Virus record (IMG/VR): IMGVR_UViG_3300017917_002237
Location: 4,173 to 68,172 of that record
Reading direction: 5' to 3' (one strand)
DNA: 64,000 nt
Source: a virus
Positions 37,188-46,904 of this stretch are shown here, one piece after another. Position 1 is the first letter of the stretch, and the number at the start of each line of letters is the position of its first letter. The position numbers and the translations under genes were made by a program. The notes beneath the pieces are model-generated. The model did no database searches, was not told the origin of the DNA, and was given only the letters and a program-made list of their open reading frames with translations.

Positions 37188-37277
37188 TTCCTTTGATTTT
37201 GTCTAGGTTTTGCTAAGTAGAAACTATAAACTATATTAGTGTTTCCACTAGTATATTTATGTTGCGGTGCAAAAAAA

Positions 37278-37559
37278 TTACTCTACAGGAGTATAGATGT
37301 TACTCCATTTTTTGAGCTTTTCTTTCTTGGCTAATAGGGCAAGTTCGACATTGTTCCAATCAAGAACACTGTGTTCTACCATGAGATCAACCATGGCCAG
37401 TAGGTCACCCACTTCATCTTCCAGATGTTGCCTATTGGTTTTGTCTGTATTTGGTTTGAGGTTGTCTATTCCAAAACGATTGATTTTGCTAATGGCAACT
37501 ACTACTTCTGCACATTCCTCTTGGGTAATGTCCAGTATTTCTTTGACTTTTGAGTCCAT
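37278..37559 (-). CDS. MazG-like nucleotide pyrophosphohydrolase
   Basis: QEECAEV..SKINRFG..LEDEVGDL. Confidence 0.75.
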   Translation of the reverse strand: MDSKVKEILDITQEECAEVVVAISKINRFGIDNLKPNTDKTNRQHLEDEVGDLLAMVDLMVEHSVLDWNNVELALLAKKEKLKKWSNIYTPVE

Positions 37560-37864
37560 TATTCAGATTCTAAATTGATATTGAGATTGTGGCCGTTGGT
37601 TCTGGAAATATAAACCGCCTCATTGTGCTTTTGCTCTGCAACCTCGAATGTGTATATGCCAGCGACGCCTTTGCCGCTGTTGTGTATTTCCATGGTTAAA
37701 TTTAAGGCGCCCTCATCACTGTGATGGAAAACAGCCTTAAGTAGTTCTTTGACGAACTCCATTGGAGTTGTGTCGTCGTTATTAAAAATAACCTTATACA
37801 TGTTGGGCTTTTGAATCACCACGTTTTGCTTGGTTGTTTGACTTGTTTCTGCCATTACCGTCAT
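37559..37864 (-). CDS. clpS: Clp protease adaptor ClpS
   Basis: YKVIFNNDDTTPMEFV, IHNSGKGVAGIYTFEVAEQK. Confidence 0.92.
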   Translation of the reverse strand: MTVMAETSQTTKQNVVIQKPNMYKVIFNNDDTTPMEFVKELLKAVFHHSDEGALNLTMEIHNSGKGVAGIYTFEVAEQKHNEAVYISRTNGHNLNINLESE

Positions 37865-37888
37865 TTTAGTCCTCTATCATTATTTATA

Positions 37889-37907
37889 CAGGGGGCATGG
37901 CCCCCTG
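37889..37907 (-). terminator. Hairpin terminator after hsp20
   Basis: CAGGGGGC-ATG-GCCCCCTG. Confidence 0.6.
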
Positions 37908-37911
37908 CTTA

Positions 37912-38346
37912 TTACTTCGTATAACCCAGGACTTGGATTTTACGTGGCTTGAGCTCGTCAGGGACGATGCGTGATACTGCAATACGTAGCACGCCGTCTT
38001 TGATAACTGCTTCACCAACTTGCATGTATTCACCAAGAGTCAGTGTTCGTTCAAAACTGCGATAGGCCAGACCTCTGTGTAGGTATTCTGCGCCGGCGCC
38101 TTCCTCTTGTTTTTTCTCTCCGCGAACGATCAGCTGATTTTTATCAACTTCAACGTCAATTTCCTCAAGGCTAAATCCAGCCACTGCGAATTCGAGTTCG
38201 TAGTGATCTTCATCTTTCTTGATGACATTGTAGGGAGGGTAAGTGTTATTTGAATACAAGCGATCGCTGAGTATGCGATCAAAACCGATTAGGGCTCGGT
38301 TTAACTGCTGTAGTGCAGTAGTATCAAATCGTGTTAGTGCGTTCAT
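37912..38346 (-). CDS. Small heat-shock protein Hsp20 (IbpA-like)
   Basis: IGFD, YPPYNV, AVAGF, YLHRGLAYRSF, DGVL. Confidence 0.93.
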   Translation of the reverse strand: MNALTRFDTTALQQLNRALIGFDRILSDRLYSNNTYPPYNVIKKDEDHYELEFAVAGFSLEEIDVEVDKNQLIVRGEKKQEEGAGAEYLHRGLAYRSFERTLTLGEYMQVGEAVIKDGVLRIAVSRIVPDELKPRKIQVLGYTK

Positions 38347-38417
38347 GATATTCTCCTTTTTAAAGCAAGAACGTTTGGGCAATATGCCCTGTGTGAAACC
38401 CATCAGGCGTCTCACAA
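38347..38417 (-). promoter_or_regulatory. ROSE-like RNA thermometer leader
   Basis: UCUUGCUU pairs with AAGGAGA SD with a bulged G; two upstream hairpins; promoter TTGACA-17-TATAAA at 38423-38451. Confidence 0.55.
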
Positions 38418-38436
38418 GTATATTTATACAGGAAAT

Positions 38437-38853
38437 TTATTCTTCTGTCAATAAGTCGCCCTTGTTCTTCTTAGCCAGAACAAGTAGGAATCGATATTCA
38501 TCGTAGGCGTTTCTAACTGCTGGGCAGTTATCACGTATTTCTTTTTCTTCGGCGATCATGGCTTCAAGTTTTTCAAGCCTACTGGTTAGTTCTTCATAGG
38601 GATCTGTAAAAGTAACTGTAGATCCTGAGTTCCAGTTTATCCCATTGCCGGTGATGCCTGGACCAGCTGCTATTGTACCACCAATGGCACCTGAATTAAA
38701 TGAATCTATGCCGGTCAGTGTGATTGTGTCCATGCCAGGTATAGTTATAACTGTATCAGCCATGGTGTTTGCACACACATAATCGTCGAGTGCACCAGAT
38801 GATATCGTTATAGTCTCTATGCCGGAGCCTGGCACAATTGTATCGTTACTCAT
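38437..38853 (-). CDS. Hypothetical, Thr/Gly-rich N-terminus and helical C-terminus
   Basis: DTITLTG repeats; PAVRNAYDEY. Confidence 0.6.
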   Translation of the reverse strand: MSNDTIVPGSGIETITISSGALDDYVCANTMADTVITIPGMDTITLTGIDSFNSGAIGGTIAAGPGITGNGINWNSGSTVTFTDPYEELTSRLEKLEAMIAEEKEIRDNCPAVRNAYDEYRFLLVLAKKNKGDLLTEE

Positions 38854-38854
38854 A

Positions 38855-39088
38855 TTAATAAAGTTTCTTAGGTAATGCTTCTGCTTGACGTTTGCGTTCT
38901 GCTCTGCGTACTTGTTGATTCTTAATGCGTCTGCGTTTTGTTGTGGGTTTTTCATAGAACTCTTTTTCTTTTAGTTCCATGAGTTTGCCACTTTCCTGAA
39001 TCTTCTTTTTAAAGGTACGCAAGGCTTTTTCTACATTATCGTTATGTACATCTACACGATTACCATTAAAAAATTTTTGTTTACTCAT
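38855..39088 (-). CDS. rpsU: Ribosomal protein bS21
   Basis: NVEKALRTFKKKI..EFYEKPTTKRR. Confidence 0.9.
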   Translation of the reverse strand: MSKQKFFNGNRVDVHNDNVEKALRTFKKKIQESGKLMELKEKEFYEKPTTKRRRIKNQQVRRAERKRQAEALPKKLY

Positions 39089-39624
39089 TTTACTTTGCCT
39101 TGAAAAATAACTGCGGTTAATCTATTCCCCTGCATTTCACTTTTGCCTTCTATTTTGGCAGAGGGTATCTGGGTCAATATGTTTTCTATAATAACGTGTC
39201 CAACTTCTGTGTTAGACATTTCTCTGCCTCTGAATTTTATAATAATTTTTACTTTGTCACCGTCATCAATCCACTCTTTGATATGTTTTATTTTAACATC
39301 CAGATCATGCGTGTCAATAACGGGTCGTAATTGAACTTCTTTAATGTCCACTCGATTTTCACGATTGCGTTTGTCCTGCTCCTTTTGCTTCTTTTGCAGG
39401 TCATACTTATACTTACCTACGTCTCCTATTTTGCAAACAGGGGGATTGGTTTGTGGATTAATGAGAATTAGATCAAGGCCCTGTTCTTCTGCTAGGCCCA
39501 GTGCTTTGAAAAAATTTAATATGCCTATGTTTTGACCCACTGCGTCAATGAGTCTAACTTCGCGAGCGCGAATTTCTCTATTAGACAGAATTCTGTTCTC
39601 GTGTCTTCTTTCGTTTGTTGCCAT
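39085..39624 (-). CDS. infC: Translation initiation factor IF-3
   Basis: [42 protein letters not shown]. Confidence 0.95.
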   Translation of the reverse strand: MATNERRHENRILSNREIRAREVRLIDAVGQNIGILNFFKALGLAEEQGLDLILINPQTNPPVCKIGDVGKYKYDLQKKQKEQDKRNRENRVDIKEVQLRPVIDTHDLDVKIKHIKEWIDDGDKVKIIIKFRGREMSNTEVGHVIIENILTQIPSAKIEGKSEMQGNRLTAVIFQGKVK

Positions 39625-40819
39625 ATACTAATAATGGTTCCTTGCCCTGCGTTACGGTGTCCTCGGTTATTGTAACTTTGACCACGTTATCGTTGGCCAA
39701 ATCTGGCAGGACGAATTGCGTTTGTAGCAATACATTTTCTAACTCTGCTCTGAGCCCTCGAGCACCCACTTTCATGCTGTGGCATTTTTGTGCTAGTGCT
39801 TGACAAGCAGATGTGTCTATTTCAAGCTCTATGTTATCCATTTTAAATAGAGCCTTAAATTGGCTTATAAGACTATTCTTTGGTTCAATCAAAGCTCTGA
39901 CCAGTTGATCTATGGTTAGCTCTTCAAGAACTGTAACCTTGGGAAGTCTACCTACCAGTTCAGGTATCATGCCCCATTTGACCAGATCATCAGGAATGAC
40001 TTTGTTTAGTTCTGCTTTTTTCTTAGTGGGATCTCCACCAAAGCCTATACTACTGGTGACATTAATTCGTTTGCTTATGTGATCTTCAAGACCCACAAAT
40101 GCACCACCTAGAATAAACAATATATTTTTAGTGTTAATGGTTAGTAATTCATTGCCAGGATGTTTGCGACCGCCTGCTTGTGGTACACGGCATTCTGTGC
40201 CCTCAATGATTTTTAACAGGGCCTGCTGTACGCCTTCGCCGCTGACGTCACGTGTGATGCTGGTGCTTTCACTCTTGCGGCCTTTTTTGTCTATTTCATC
40301 TATGTAGATGATACCACGTTCTGTTTGTTCAATATTTTGACCACTTGCCTGATAGAGTTTGTGTATGACGTTCTCAACATCTTCACCAACATATCCTGCT
40401 TCTGTTAAACTGGTGGCGTCTGCTATGGCAAATGGAACGTTTAAGAACTTGGCGATTGTTTTTGCCAACAGAGTTTTACCACTGCCCGTTGGGCCTATTA
40501 GGAGCACATTGCTCTTTTCGATGTCAACGTCTGTGGTGTTGTGCAGGCGTTTGTAGTGATTGTATACAGCCACACTCATGGTTAATTTAGCGAGCTCTTG
40601 ACCAATAACATACTGATCAAGATGTTCGTAAATTTCTTTTGGTGTAGGTAGTTTTTCATTTTGAAAATTAGTGGCAGCATCTTCTTTGATAACTTCGTTA
40701 CAAAGTTTAATGCACTCGTCGCAAATATAACCTTTGCTACCGGCTACTAATTTCTTGACCTCGTTCTGTGTTTTTTCACAGAAGCTGCATTCTAAGATAG
40801 GTTTATTTTTTTCAGCCAT
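39581..40819 (-). CDS. clpX: Clp protease ATP-binding subunit ClpX
   Basis: CSFC..ICDEC Zn finger, [37 protein letters not shown]. Confidence 0.97.
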   Translation of the reverse strand: MAEKNKPILECSFCEKTQNEVKKLVAGSKGYICDECIKLCNEVIKEDAATNFQNEKLPTPKEIYEHLDQYVIGQELAKLTMSVAVYNHYKRLHNTTDVDIEKSNVLLIGPTGSGKTLLAKTIAKFLNVPFAIADATSLTEAGYVGEDVENVIHKLYQASGQNIEQTERGIIYIDEIDKKGRKSESTSITRDVSGEGVQQALLKIIEGTECRVPQAGGRKHPGNELLTINTKNILFILGGAFVGLEDHISKRINVTSSIGFGGDPTKKKAELNKVIPDDLVKWGMIPELVGRLPKVTVLEELTIDQLVRALIEPKNSLISQFKALFKMDNIELEIDTSACQALAQKCHSMKVGARGLRAELENVLLQTQFVLPDLANDNVVKVTITEDTVTQGKEPLLVYGNKRKKTREQNSV

Positions 40820-41234
40820 TACCCAAGAACGCCCTTAGCATATTATGCAGTTGCTCAGAATCGACAAATACGTTTGCATTAACAGTATTTAACAACATTC
40901 GCATGTTTTTGTCAACTAGTTCTGGATCGGCATAAAACCATACCTTGTTGCCCAAATGAAGCATAGCCATAATCATTTCGATTTCGGTTGTTATACCTGC
41001 ATGCACCATGATTAGATCTGAATGCTCTGCCATCATGTATAGCCATTGCCAATTTTCTGCTGACTTTTCATCTAGATGATAAAAGGTCATTGGTATGCTG
41101 TTAAACGTGGATTCTAAATCATCTGTTAGGTCTTCAACCCACTCGCTGTCTGTACCAATAAACGCTATCTTCAGCCCATCTTCTGGTAAGAATATTGTGG
41201 GCGGCGTTATATAGTAGTTTTGTGTATCATCCAT
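40812..41234 (-). CDS. Hypothetical phage protein
   Basis: YITPP; coupled to clpX. Confidence 0.6.
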   Translation of the reverse strand: MDDTQNYYITPPTIFLPEDGLKIAFIGTDSEWVEDLTDDLESTFNSIPMTFYHLDEKSAENWQWLYMMAEHSDLIMVHAGITTEIEMIMAMLHLGNKVWFYADPELVDKNMRMLLNTVNANVFVDSEQLHNMLRAFLGNG

Positions 41235-42483
41235 TTCTATTTTTTATTGGTCCCCAGTGAGTAGACTTTGCTCTATTCTTTTTAGCTAGTTCTTTGACTA
41301 TTTTTTTATAGACTGCTTCTAAACCTTCATTGTCATCTGCGTCTATCATTTTTTGAATTTCTGTATCAAAGTCAGGCTTTACTGGTTTTGTTTCACTTAA
41401 TGATTTATCTTGCGGCGTCTGTTCTATAATAGGTTCTATAATAGGTTGCTCAATATTGTTTGTATTATCACTAGTGGCAACAGGATCGTCCGCAACAATT
41501 TCAGGCTTAGATTTTTTAGCCCTTCGAATCTTTTTTTTAGGTTCAGGATCCGCCTCTACTCCCACTGTTTCCACTGGGGCTGGGTCAACAATATGGGACT
41601 CAATTTTTGTTGCATCACTTGTAGATGCTTGGGGTTGTTCTGCAGGTGTATCAGCCACCTGCAACTCAGTTGTGTTAGCCACATCTTTATTTGTTTTATC
41701 ATCAGGTTTTTCCTCCTTGGGTGGTTCCTGCCACTCTGCTTGGCGCATCTGTGTTAAGTTCGCCGCTATTAACATGAGCACAGCCAGTGGGTCGAAAACC
41801 ACAATCAATAATATTATCAGCCAACGCACGGCACGTTCCAACAAGTTACCGTCAGGATTGTCTCCATAAATCAGTGCCGCTATATATTTTAACGGACCAA
41901 CTTCGGCTTCCACTTTACGAACTTCGGCAGCGATGGGTGCCCGTGCTTCATTAAGTTGACTAATTTTCTTCTGTTCGGTTTCGATTTCAGCAAGTAGTCT
42001 ACGACGTTCGGCTTGTTGGCTCCTACGGATAGCCACGGCTTTATCGGCTCCCGCTTCTGTTGTAGACCTACCCATAACCTGGTCCACTGCCTCATCCAAC
42101 TGTTTAAGTGCTCGCCTGTTCGCATCAATATTTTCCTTTGCGGTTTTAATCTTCTCATCGTAGACTGCGATTTGAGCCAGAACATCTCCACTGACCAAAC
42201 TTTGATCACTGTGAGCTTTACTCAAAAAACCAAAAATACCCATGCTTGTTATCAGCATGAGCACCAGCAGGGCAGTGGTAAAGTATGTTTTCATCAGCAG
42301 TGGGATGGCCCGCCAGTATCTATATAACCAACTCGCCACCACCAGCTTGGCAACTTCAAGACTGCCGCCCATGATGGCCACAGGAATTGCCGCTGCGCTA
42401 AAGATGGCGACGAGTCCAATAACACTGTAGTAGGCAGCAATGCCGCTGAGTACCATTGCTGTTAAAAACAATAAGATGAACAT
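41227..42483 (-). CDS. Membrane protein with coiled coil and low-complexity tail
   Basis: AAYYSVIGL, TSMGIFGFLSKAH, EAEVGPLKYIA, VFDPLAV. Confidence 0.7.
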   Translation of the reverse strand: MFILLFLTAMVLSGIAAYYSVIGLVAIFSAAAIPVAIMGGSLEVAKLVVASWLYRYWRAIPLLMKTYFTTALLVLMLITSMGIFGFLSKAHSDQSLVSGDVLAQIAVYDEKIKTAKENIDANRRALKQLDEAVDQVMGRSTTEAGADKAVAIRRSQQAERRRLLAEIETEQKKISQLNEARAPIAAEVRKVEAEVGPLKYIAALIYGDNPDGNLLERAVRWLIILLIVVFDPLAVLMLIAANLTQMRQAEWQEPPKEEKPDDKTNKDVANTTELQVADTPAEQPQASTSDATKIESHIVDPAPVETVGVEADPEPKKKIRRAKKSKPEIVADDPVATSDNTNNIEQPIIEPIIEQTPQDKSLSETKPVKPDFDTEIQKMIDADDNEGLEAVYKKIVKELAKKNRAKSTHWGPIKNRNG

Positions 42484-42628
42484 TATTTTATTTATAGAAT
42501 GTAGGCCCTAGAAATATGTCTACGAAGAGTTATCTTTTAAGTTAATACACTTAAAAGCACAGTTAATTATACATGAAGTCGCCGGATACATCAAGAATTA
42601 TGGTAAATATTACAAATAGGAAGAAAAA

Positions 42629-45325
42629 ATGGCCGCTTACATACGTTCCAAAATAACCAATAGTGATTTCACAGATGTAACCATTGAAGCCAAAGACAGC
42701 AATGCCAAGGTACGCCAAGACGGTACATTCAAGTTGCCAGTCGCATCTGGTATCAACGCAGAAACACCAGTGGGCAGTATCAGATACAACGACGTATTAC
42801 AAAAAATACAGTTCAAAACCGACACCGGCTGGAAAGTTATCGATGCCATAACAGATGGCCTGGCCACAGAGCAATATGTCAATAATGCCATCAATAATCT
42901 AGCGCCAGTGGCCAGATCCGGTAATTTTGATGATCTTTATAATAAACCCAATACACTAGCAGGTTATGGTATTATTGATGATGTTGCTTCTAAGTATTAT
43001 GTAAACGAAGCAATTTCCTCACTGCTTGGTGGTGCCCCAACATTTTTAGACACACTGAATGAAATAGCCAATGCTATTAACAATGATCCGGATTTTAGTA
43101 ACAACGTAGTTACTCAACTATCAAACAAATTAAATTTAAGTGGTGGCACTCTTACTGGTCCACTCTATCTAAGTGGCCCACCCGGTGCAGCCAACCAGGC
43201 AGCAACCAAGGCCTATGTAGATAGCGTAACATCTGGCATTGTCATATACAATACAGATGACTTGCCCGAAGGCAGCACAAACTTATATTATACAAATGCC
43301 CGTGCCACTGCGGCCGCCAAGAACGCGATAAGTGCTGGCACAGGAGTGAGCTATAACAGTGGCACAGGAGTTGTGTCAATAGGACAAAATGTTTCCACCA
43401 GCAGTAATGTTACTTTTAATACTGTAACTGCAAATGAATTTAATATTGAAGCCACAGGTGACTACACAGTAACCAGCGCCACCAATATTGTTCTAGATGC
43501 TGGCATGGAAGTGCTGGTAAGAAGTCCGCTGACTCTTGCAAGTTATACAACCACACAACTTGATGACCTATTGGTACAAAACGGTACCATAGCATTTGAT
43601 AGTGTAACAGGTACATTAAAAATATATACAAGTTTGGGTTGGACTGAGGTAGTAGGAGGTGGTGGGTTCAGTGGTGACTATAACGATCTTATTAACAAAC
43701 CTGTTCTGTTCAGTGGCAGTTATAACGACCTGACCAATAAACCCACTATCCCAACCAACACGAATCAACTGATCAATGGCGCAGGTTTTATTACAAGTTC
43801 TAGTCTAACATGGTCAAATATCACCGGCAAGCCGGTGTTTGCCACAGTGGCAACGTCTGGCAGTTATACTGATTTAACCAACAAGCCCGACTTGACTACC
43901 AAACTGAACTTGTCAGGCGGAGCAATGACGGGTGCGTTAATTTTAAACGGTGCCCCAATAATTCCAAACCAAGCCGCTACTAAACAATATGTAGACGACA
44001 ACATTCCATACAGTATATTAGATCTTGGCATAGAAGACGGAACAGATGGGCAAGTATTAACCACTGACGGTGCAGGCAATTTTACATTTAAAACTGTATC
44101 AGGAACAGGCGGTGGTGGCGCATCTACTTGGTCTGATATAAGTTTTGAAGGCGGTGGCTTTACTGATCCTCCCGCAGAATACAGCGACGAAGAAGTCATA
44201 TTAGATGGCGGACTTTTAGATGTAGATTATAATAGTATTATTAATCCGCCCAACATACCCACCGCTCTGAGTCAGCTAACAAATGATGTTGGCTTCTTAA
44301 CTTCAGAAACAGATAGCCAAACATTGTCCTTAGTGGGCAATCAGCTGAGTATCAGTAATGGTAATACCATTACACTGCCTTCTACCGTGGCCGATTATAA
44401 TGATCTAGCCAACTTGCCAGATCTCAGTGTATATCAGTTGGCCAGTTCAGCGTTTAGTGGCAATTACAATGATCTAACGAATACACCAGCTATACCATCC
44501 AAGGTAAGTGATCTAACCAACGACAGTGGTTTCTTAACTGGTGTCACATGGACACAGGTAAGTGGCAAGCCTACTATACCTTCTAAAGTTAGTGATCTAA
44601 CCAATGACGTGGGATATATGTCCAGCGTGGATTGGTCTGACATTATAAGTAAACCCAGTTTTGCCACAGTGGCAACTAGTGGCAGTTACAATGATTTGTC
44701 AAACAAGCCAACTATTCCTACTGATGTGGGTGATCTAACTGACACTGGCAGTCTATTGAGTGGAACTGCCAGTATTTTAGTATCAACAAATGCAACCGGT
44801 GACGAAGGCGGCGAGGTACAGCTGGCAAAACCGCCAAATGCTACACTCAATGGTGGCATAGTCTTTGATGCTTACCAAAACAGGCTTAGAATTTTTGAAA
44901 ATGGTGGCGACTATAGAGGTATACACATTGATTTAACCAAAGCGCCCGCTGGTGTAGCCGGTGAATTAATGTGGAAGAAGACTGCATTTGTTAATGCCGG
45001 CACATTTGTCACCATGGACAATCTCAAAGTTTCAGTTACGACTAGTGGTGCTCGTGGATTGAGCATAGGTGCAGTAAGCACAAACTTTACTGCTAATGTG
45101 AGCGGATGGTTTGGATATACTGGTGGTGGTGGTGGCGCCTCTGCTTATAATGTCGCCTATACTACTACAGCATCTGGTTCTGCATTTGGTTGGAGTTTTG
45201 GCACAGAAGGTGATACTGCACAATATAACATATTAGACAGAACAAATAGTAGAATGTATCGTGTTACCATGATGATCGGCGGTGGCTATATCAACAACTT
45301 TATCTGTATTGAGAGATTGATTTAA
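42629..45325 (+). CDS. Tail-fibre-like structural protein
   Basis: APTFLDTLNEIANAI, LSGGTLTGPL, AATKAYVD, EGSTNLYYT, many SGSYNDLTNKP / SDLTND repeats. Confidence 0.8.
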   Translation: MAAYIRSKITNSDFTDVTIEAKDSNAKVRQDGTFKLPVASGINAETPVGSIRYNDVLQKIQFKTDTGWKVIDAITDGLATEQYVNNAINNLAPVARSGNFDDLYNKPNTLAGYGIIDDVASKYYVNEAISSLLGGAPTFLDTLNEIANAINNDPDFSNNVVTQLSNKLNLSGGTLTGPLYLSGPPGAANQAATKAYVDSVTSGIVIYNTDDLPEGSTNLYYTNARATAAAKNAISAGTGVSYNSGTGVVSIGQNVSTSSNVTFNTVTANEFNIEATGDYTVTSATNIVLDAGMEVLVRSPLTLASYTTTQLDDLLVQNGTIAFDSVTGTLKIYTSLGWTEVVGGGGFSGDYNDLINKPVLFSGSYNDLTNKPTIPTNTNQLINGAGFITSSSLTWSNITGKPVFATVATSGSYTDLTNKPDLTTKLNLSGGAMTGALILNGAPIIPNQAATKQYVDDNIPYSILDLGIEDGTDGQVLTTDGAGNFTFKTVSGTGGGGASTWSDISFEGGGFTDPPAEYSDEEVILDGGLLDVDYNSIINPPNIPTALSQLTNDVGFLTSETDSQTLSLVGNQLSISNGNTITLPSTVADYNDLANLPDLSVYQLASSAFSGNYNDLTNTPAIPSKVSDLTNDSGFLTGVTWTQVSGKPTIPSKVSDLTNDVGYMSSVDWSDIISKPSFATVATSGSYNDLSNKPTIPTDVGDLTDTGSLLSGTASILVSTNATGDEGGEVQLAKPPNATLNGGIVFDAYQNRLRIFENGGDYRGIHIDLTKAPAGVAGELMWKKTAFVNAGTFVTMDNLKVSVTTSGARGLSIGAVSTNFTANVSGWFGYTGGGGGASAYNVAYTTTASGSAFGWSFGTEGDTAQYNILDRTNSRMYRVTMMIGGGYINNFICIERLI

Positions 45326-45341
45326 AATCACGGAGCTTTAA

Positions 45342-46904
45342 ATGAAAAAAGAATATCTAGTAACTGTAAAAACACCTGACGAATTTGATAGTCTGCACGA
45401 AGATTTAATTACAGACAGAACTCGAGGACATTATCTAGCTGACAGACTTAACGGCATTGATACTAGTATACCCAATGTCCCAGATAGACCCGTGGAATTA
45501 TTAAACTATCGCCCTGGTAGCCTGCGTACAGCGCATTATAGTTTAACTGATCAAGAGGCAGAGCAGCTTCGTAATGACCAACGTGTTGCATCAGTAGATC
45601 TTCACATGAAGCATAGAGAAAATTTAAAAGTAATACACTGTGCTAGCCAAACTGGGTTATTCGACAAAAGTTTTGTTACAAATAATCAACATCTAAATTG
45701 GGCTTTAAAAAGTTCCACTAGACCAACAGACCCATTTGTATCTTCACAACAATTAAACACGACATATCCATATTGCTTGGACGGTGAGCATGTTGATATT
45801 GTAATTGTAGACAGTGGCATCACGCCCAACCACCCCGAGTTCGCAGTTAACGCAGATGGTACTGGTGGTAGTAGAGTTAAACAAATAGACTGGTATGCCG
45901 AAACAGGTCTACCAGGTAGCATGCCCGTAAATCCATATGTAGACGAGGATGGTCATGGCACGCATGTTGCAGGTATCGCAGCTGGTAATACCTGTGGATG
46001 GGCCAGAAAAGCCAATATATATTCTATTAAAGCTATAACAGGCTGGAACCCTGGTATAGATATCTATGAAGTTTTTGACCTAATACGTCTATGGCATCTG
46101 AATAAAGAAATAAATCCTGTAACAGGTAAAAAGAACCCGACTATCGTTAATAATAGCTGGGCGTTTATAGCAGTTACTGGTTCTATATCAGGAATAAGTT
46201 ATAGAGGAACCTGGTACCCAGGAAATTTATCGGCATCGACCAGGGCTAGCTATGGCCTAGTAAATTATACTCCATGGTATGGTGGTAATCTGCATGGTGT
46301 TAGAGTACCAAGTATAGATGCAGAAATAGAGGAATGTATCGCTGCTGGCGTCATCGTGGTGGCGGCCGCCGGTAATTATGCACATAAAATTGACATCCCG
46401 GGAGGTGTTGATTATGACAATTATTATGTTGATAATTGGGGTGCAGAATATTATAATAGAGGGGCAACTCCAGGCGGCACTGTAGGAGTAATATGTGTTG
46501 GCAACATAGATTCTATTACCCCGGAACAAAAAAGCACCAGCTCTGAATGTGGTCCAAGGGTAGATATATATGCACCGGGCACGTCAATAATGAGCTCGTG
46601 TACTTTTGGTGTCAGTGATGCTAGAAATAACAGCTATTTCAAAGCAAAGTTATCTGGAACCAGCATGGCAAGTCCACAGGTACTAGGTGCTCTATCGTTG
46701 CTATTACAATCTAAACCTTGGCTAACACCAACACAAGCACTAACTGCACTAAAGACATTGTCGGTAACTAATAGAATAACAGATACATCACCAGTCAGTT
46801 ATACTAACTACAGAAGTCTGCAGGGTAGCACAAATAGATATCTATACATGCCCTATACAGGTAATGATACTGGCAAAACTGTTCGTCTACGAGCTATAGA
46901 ATGA
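45342..46904 (+). CDS. Subtilisin-like (S8) serine peptidase
   Basis: IVDSG, HGTHVAG, AAGN, GTSMASP. Confidence 0.92.
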   Translation: MKKEYLVTVKTPDEFDSLHEDLITDRTRGHYLADRLNGIDTSIPNVPDRPVELLNYRPGSLRTAHYSLTDQEAEQLRNDQRVASVDLHMKHRENLKVIHCASQTGLFDKSFVTNNQHLNWALKSSTRPTDPFVSSQQLNTTYPYCLDGEHVDIVIVDSGITPNHPEFAVNADGTGGSRVKQIDWYAETGLPGSMPVNPYVDEDGHGTHVAGIAAGNTCGWARKANIYSIKAITGWNPGIDIYEVFDLIRLWHLNKEINPVTGKKNPTIVNNSWAFIAVTGSISGISYRGTWYPGNLSASTRASYGLVNYTPWYGGNLHGVRVPSIDAEIEECIAAGVIVVAAAGNYAHKIDIPGGVDYDNYYVDNWGAEYYNRGATPGGTVGVICVGNIDSITPEQKSTSSECGPRVDIYAPGTSIMSSCTFGVSDARNNSYFKAKLSGTSMASPQVLGALSLLLQSKPWLTPTQALTALKTLSVTNRITDTSPVSYTNYRSLQGSTNRYLYMPYTGNDTGKTVRLRAIE

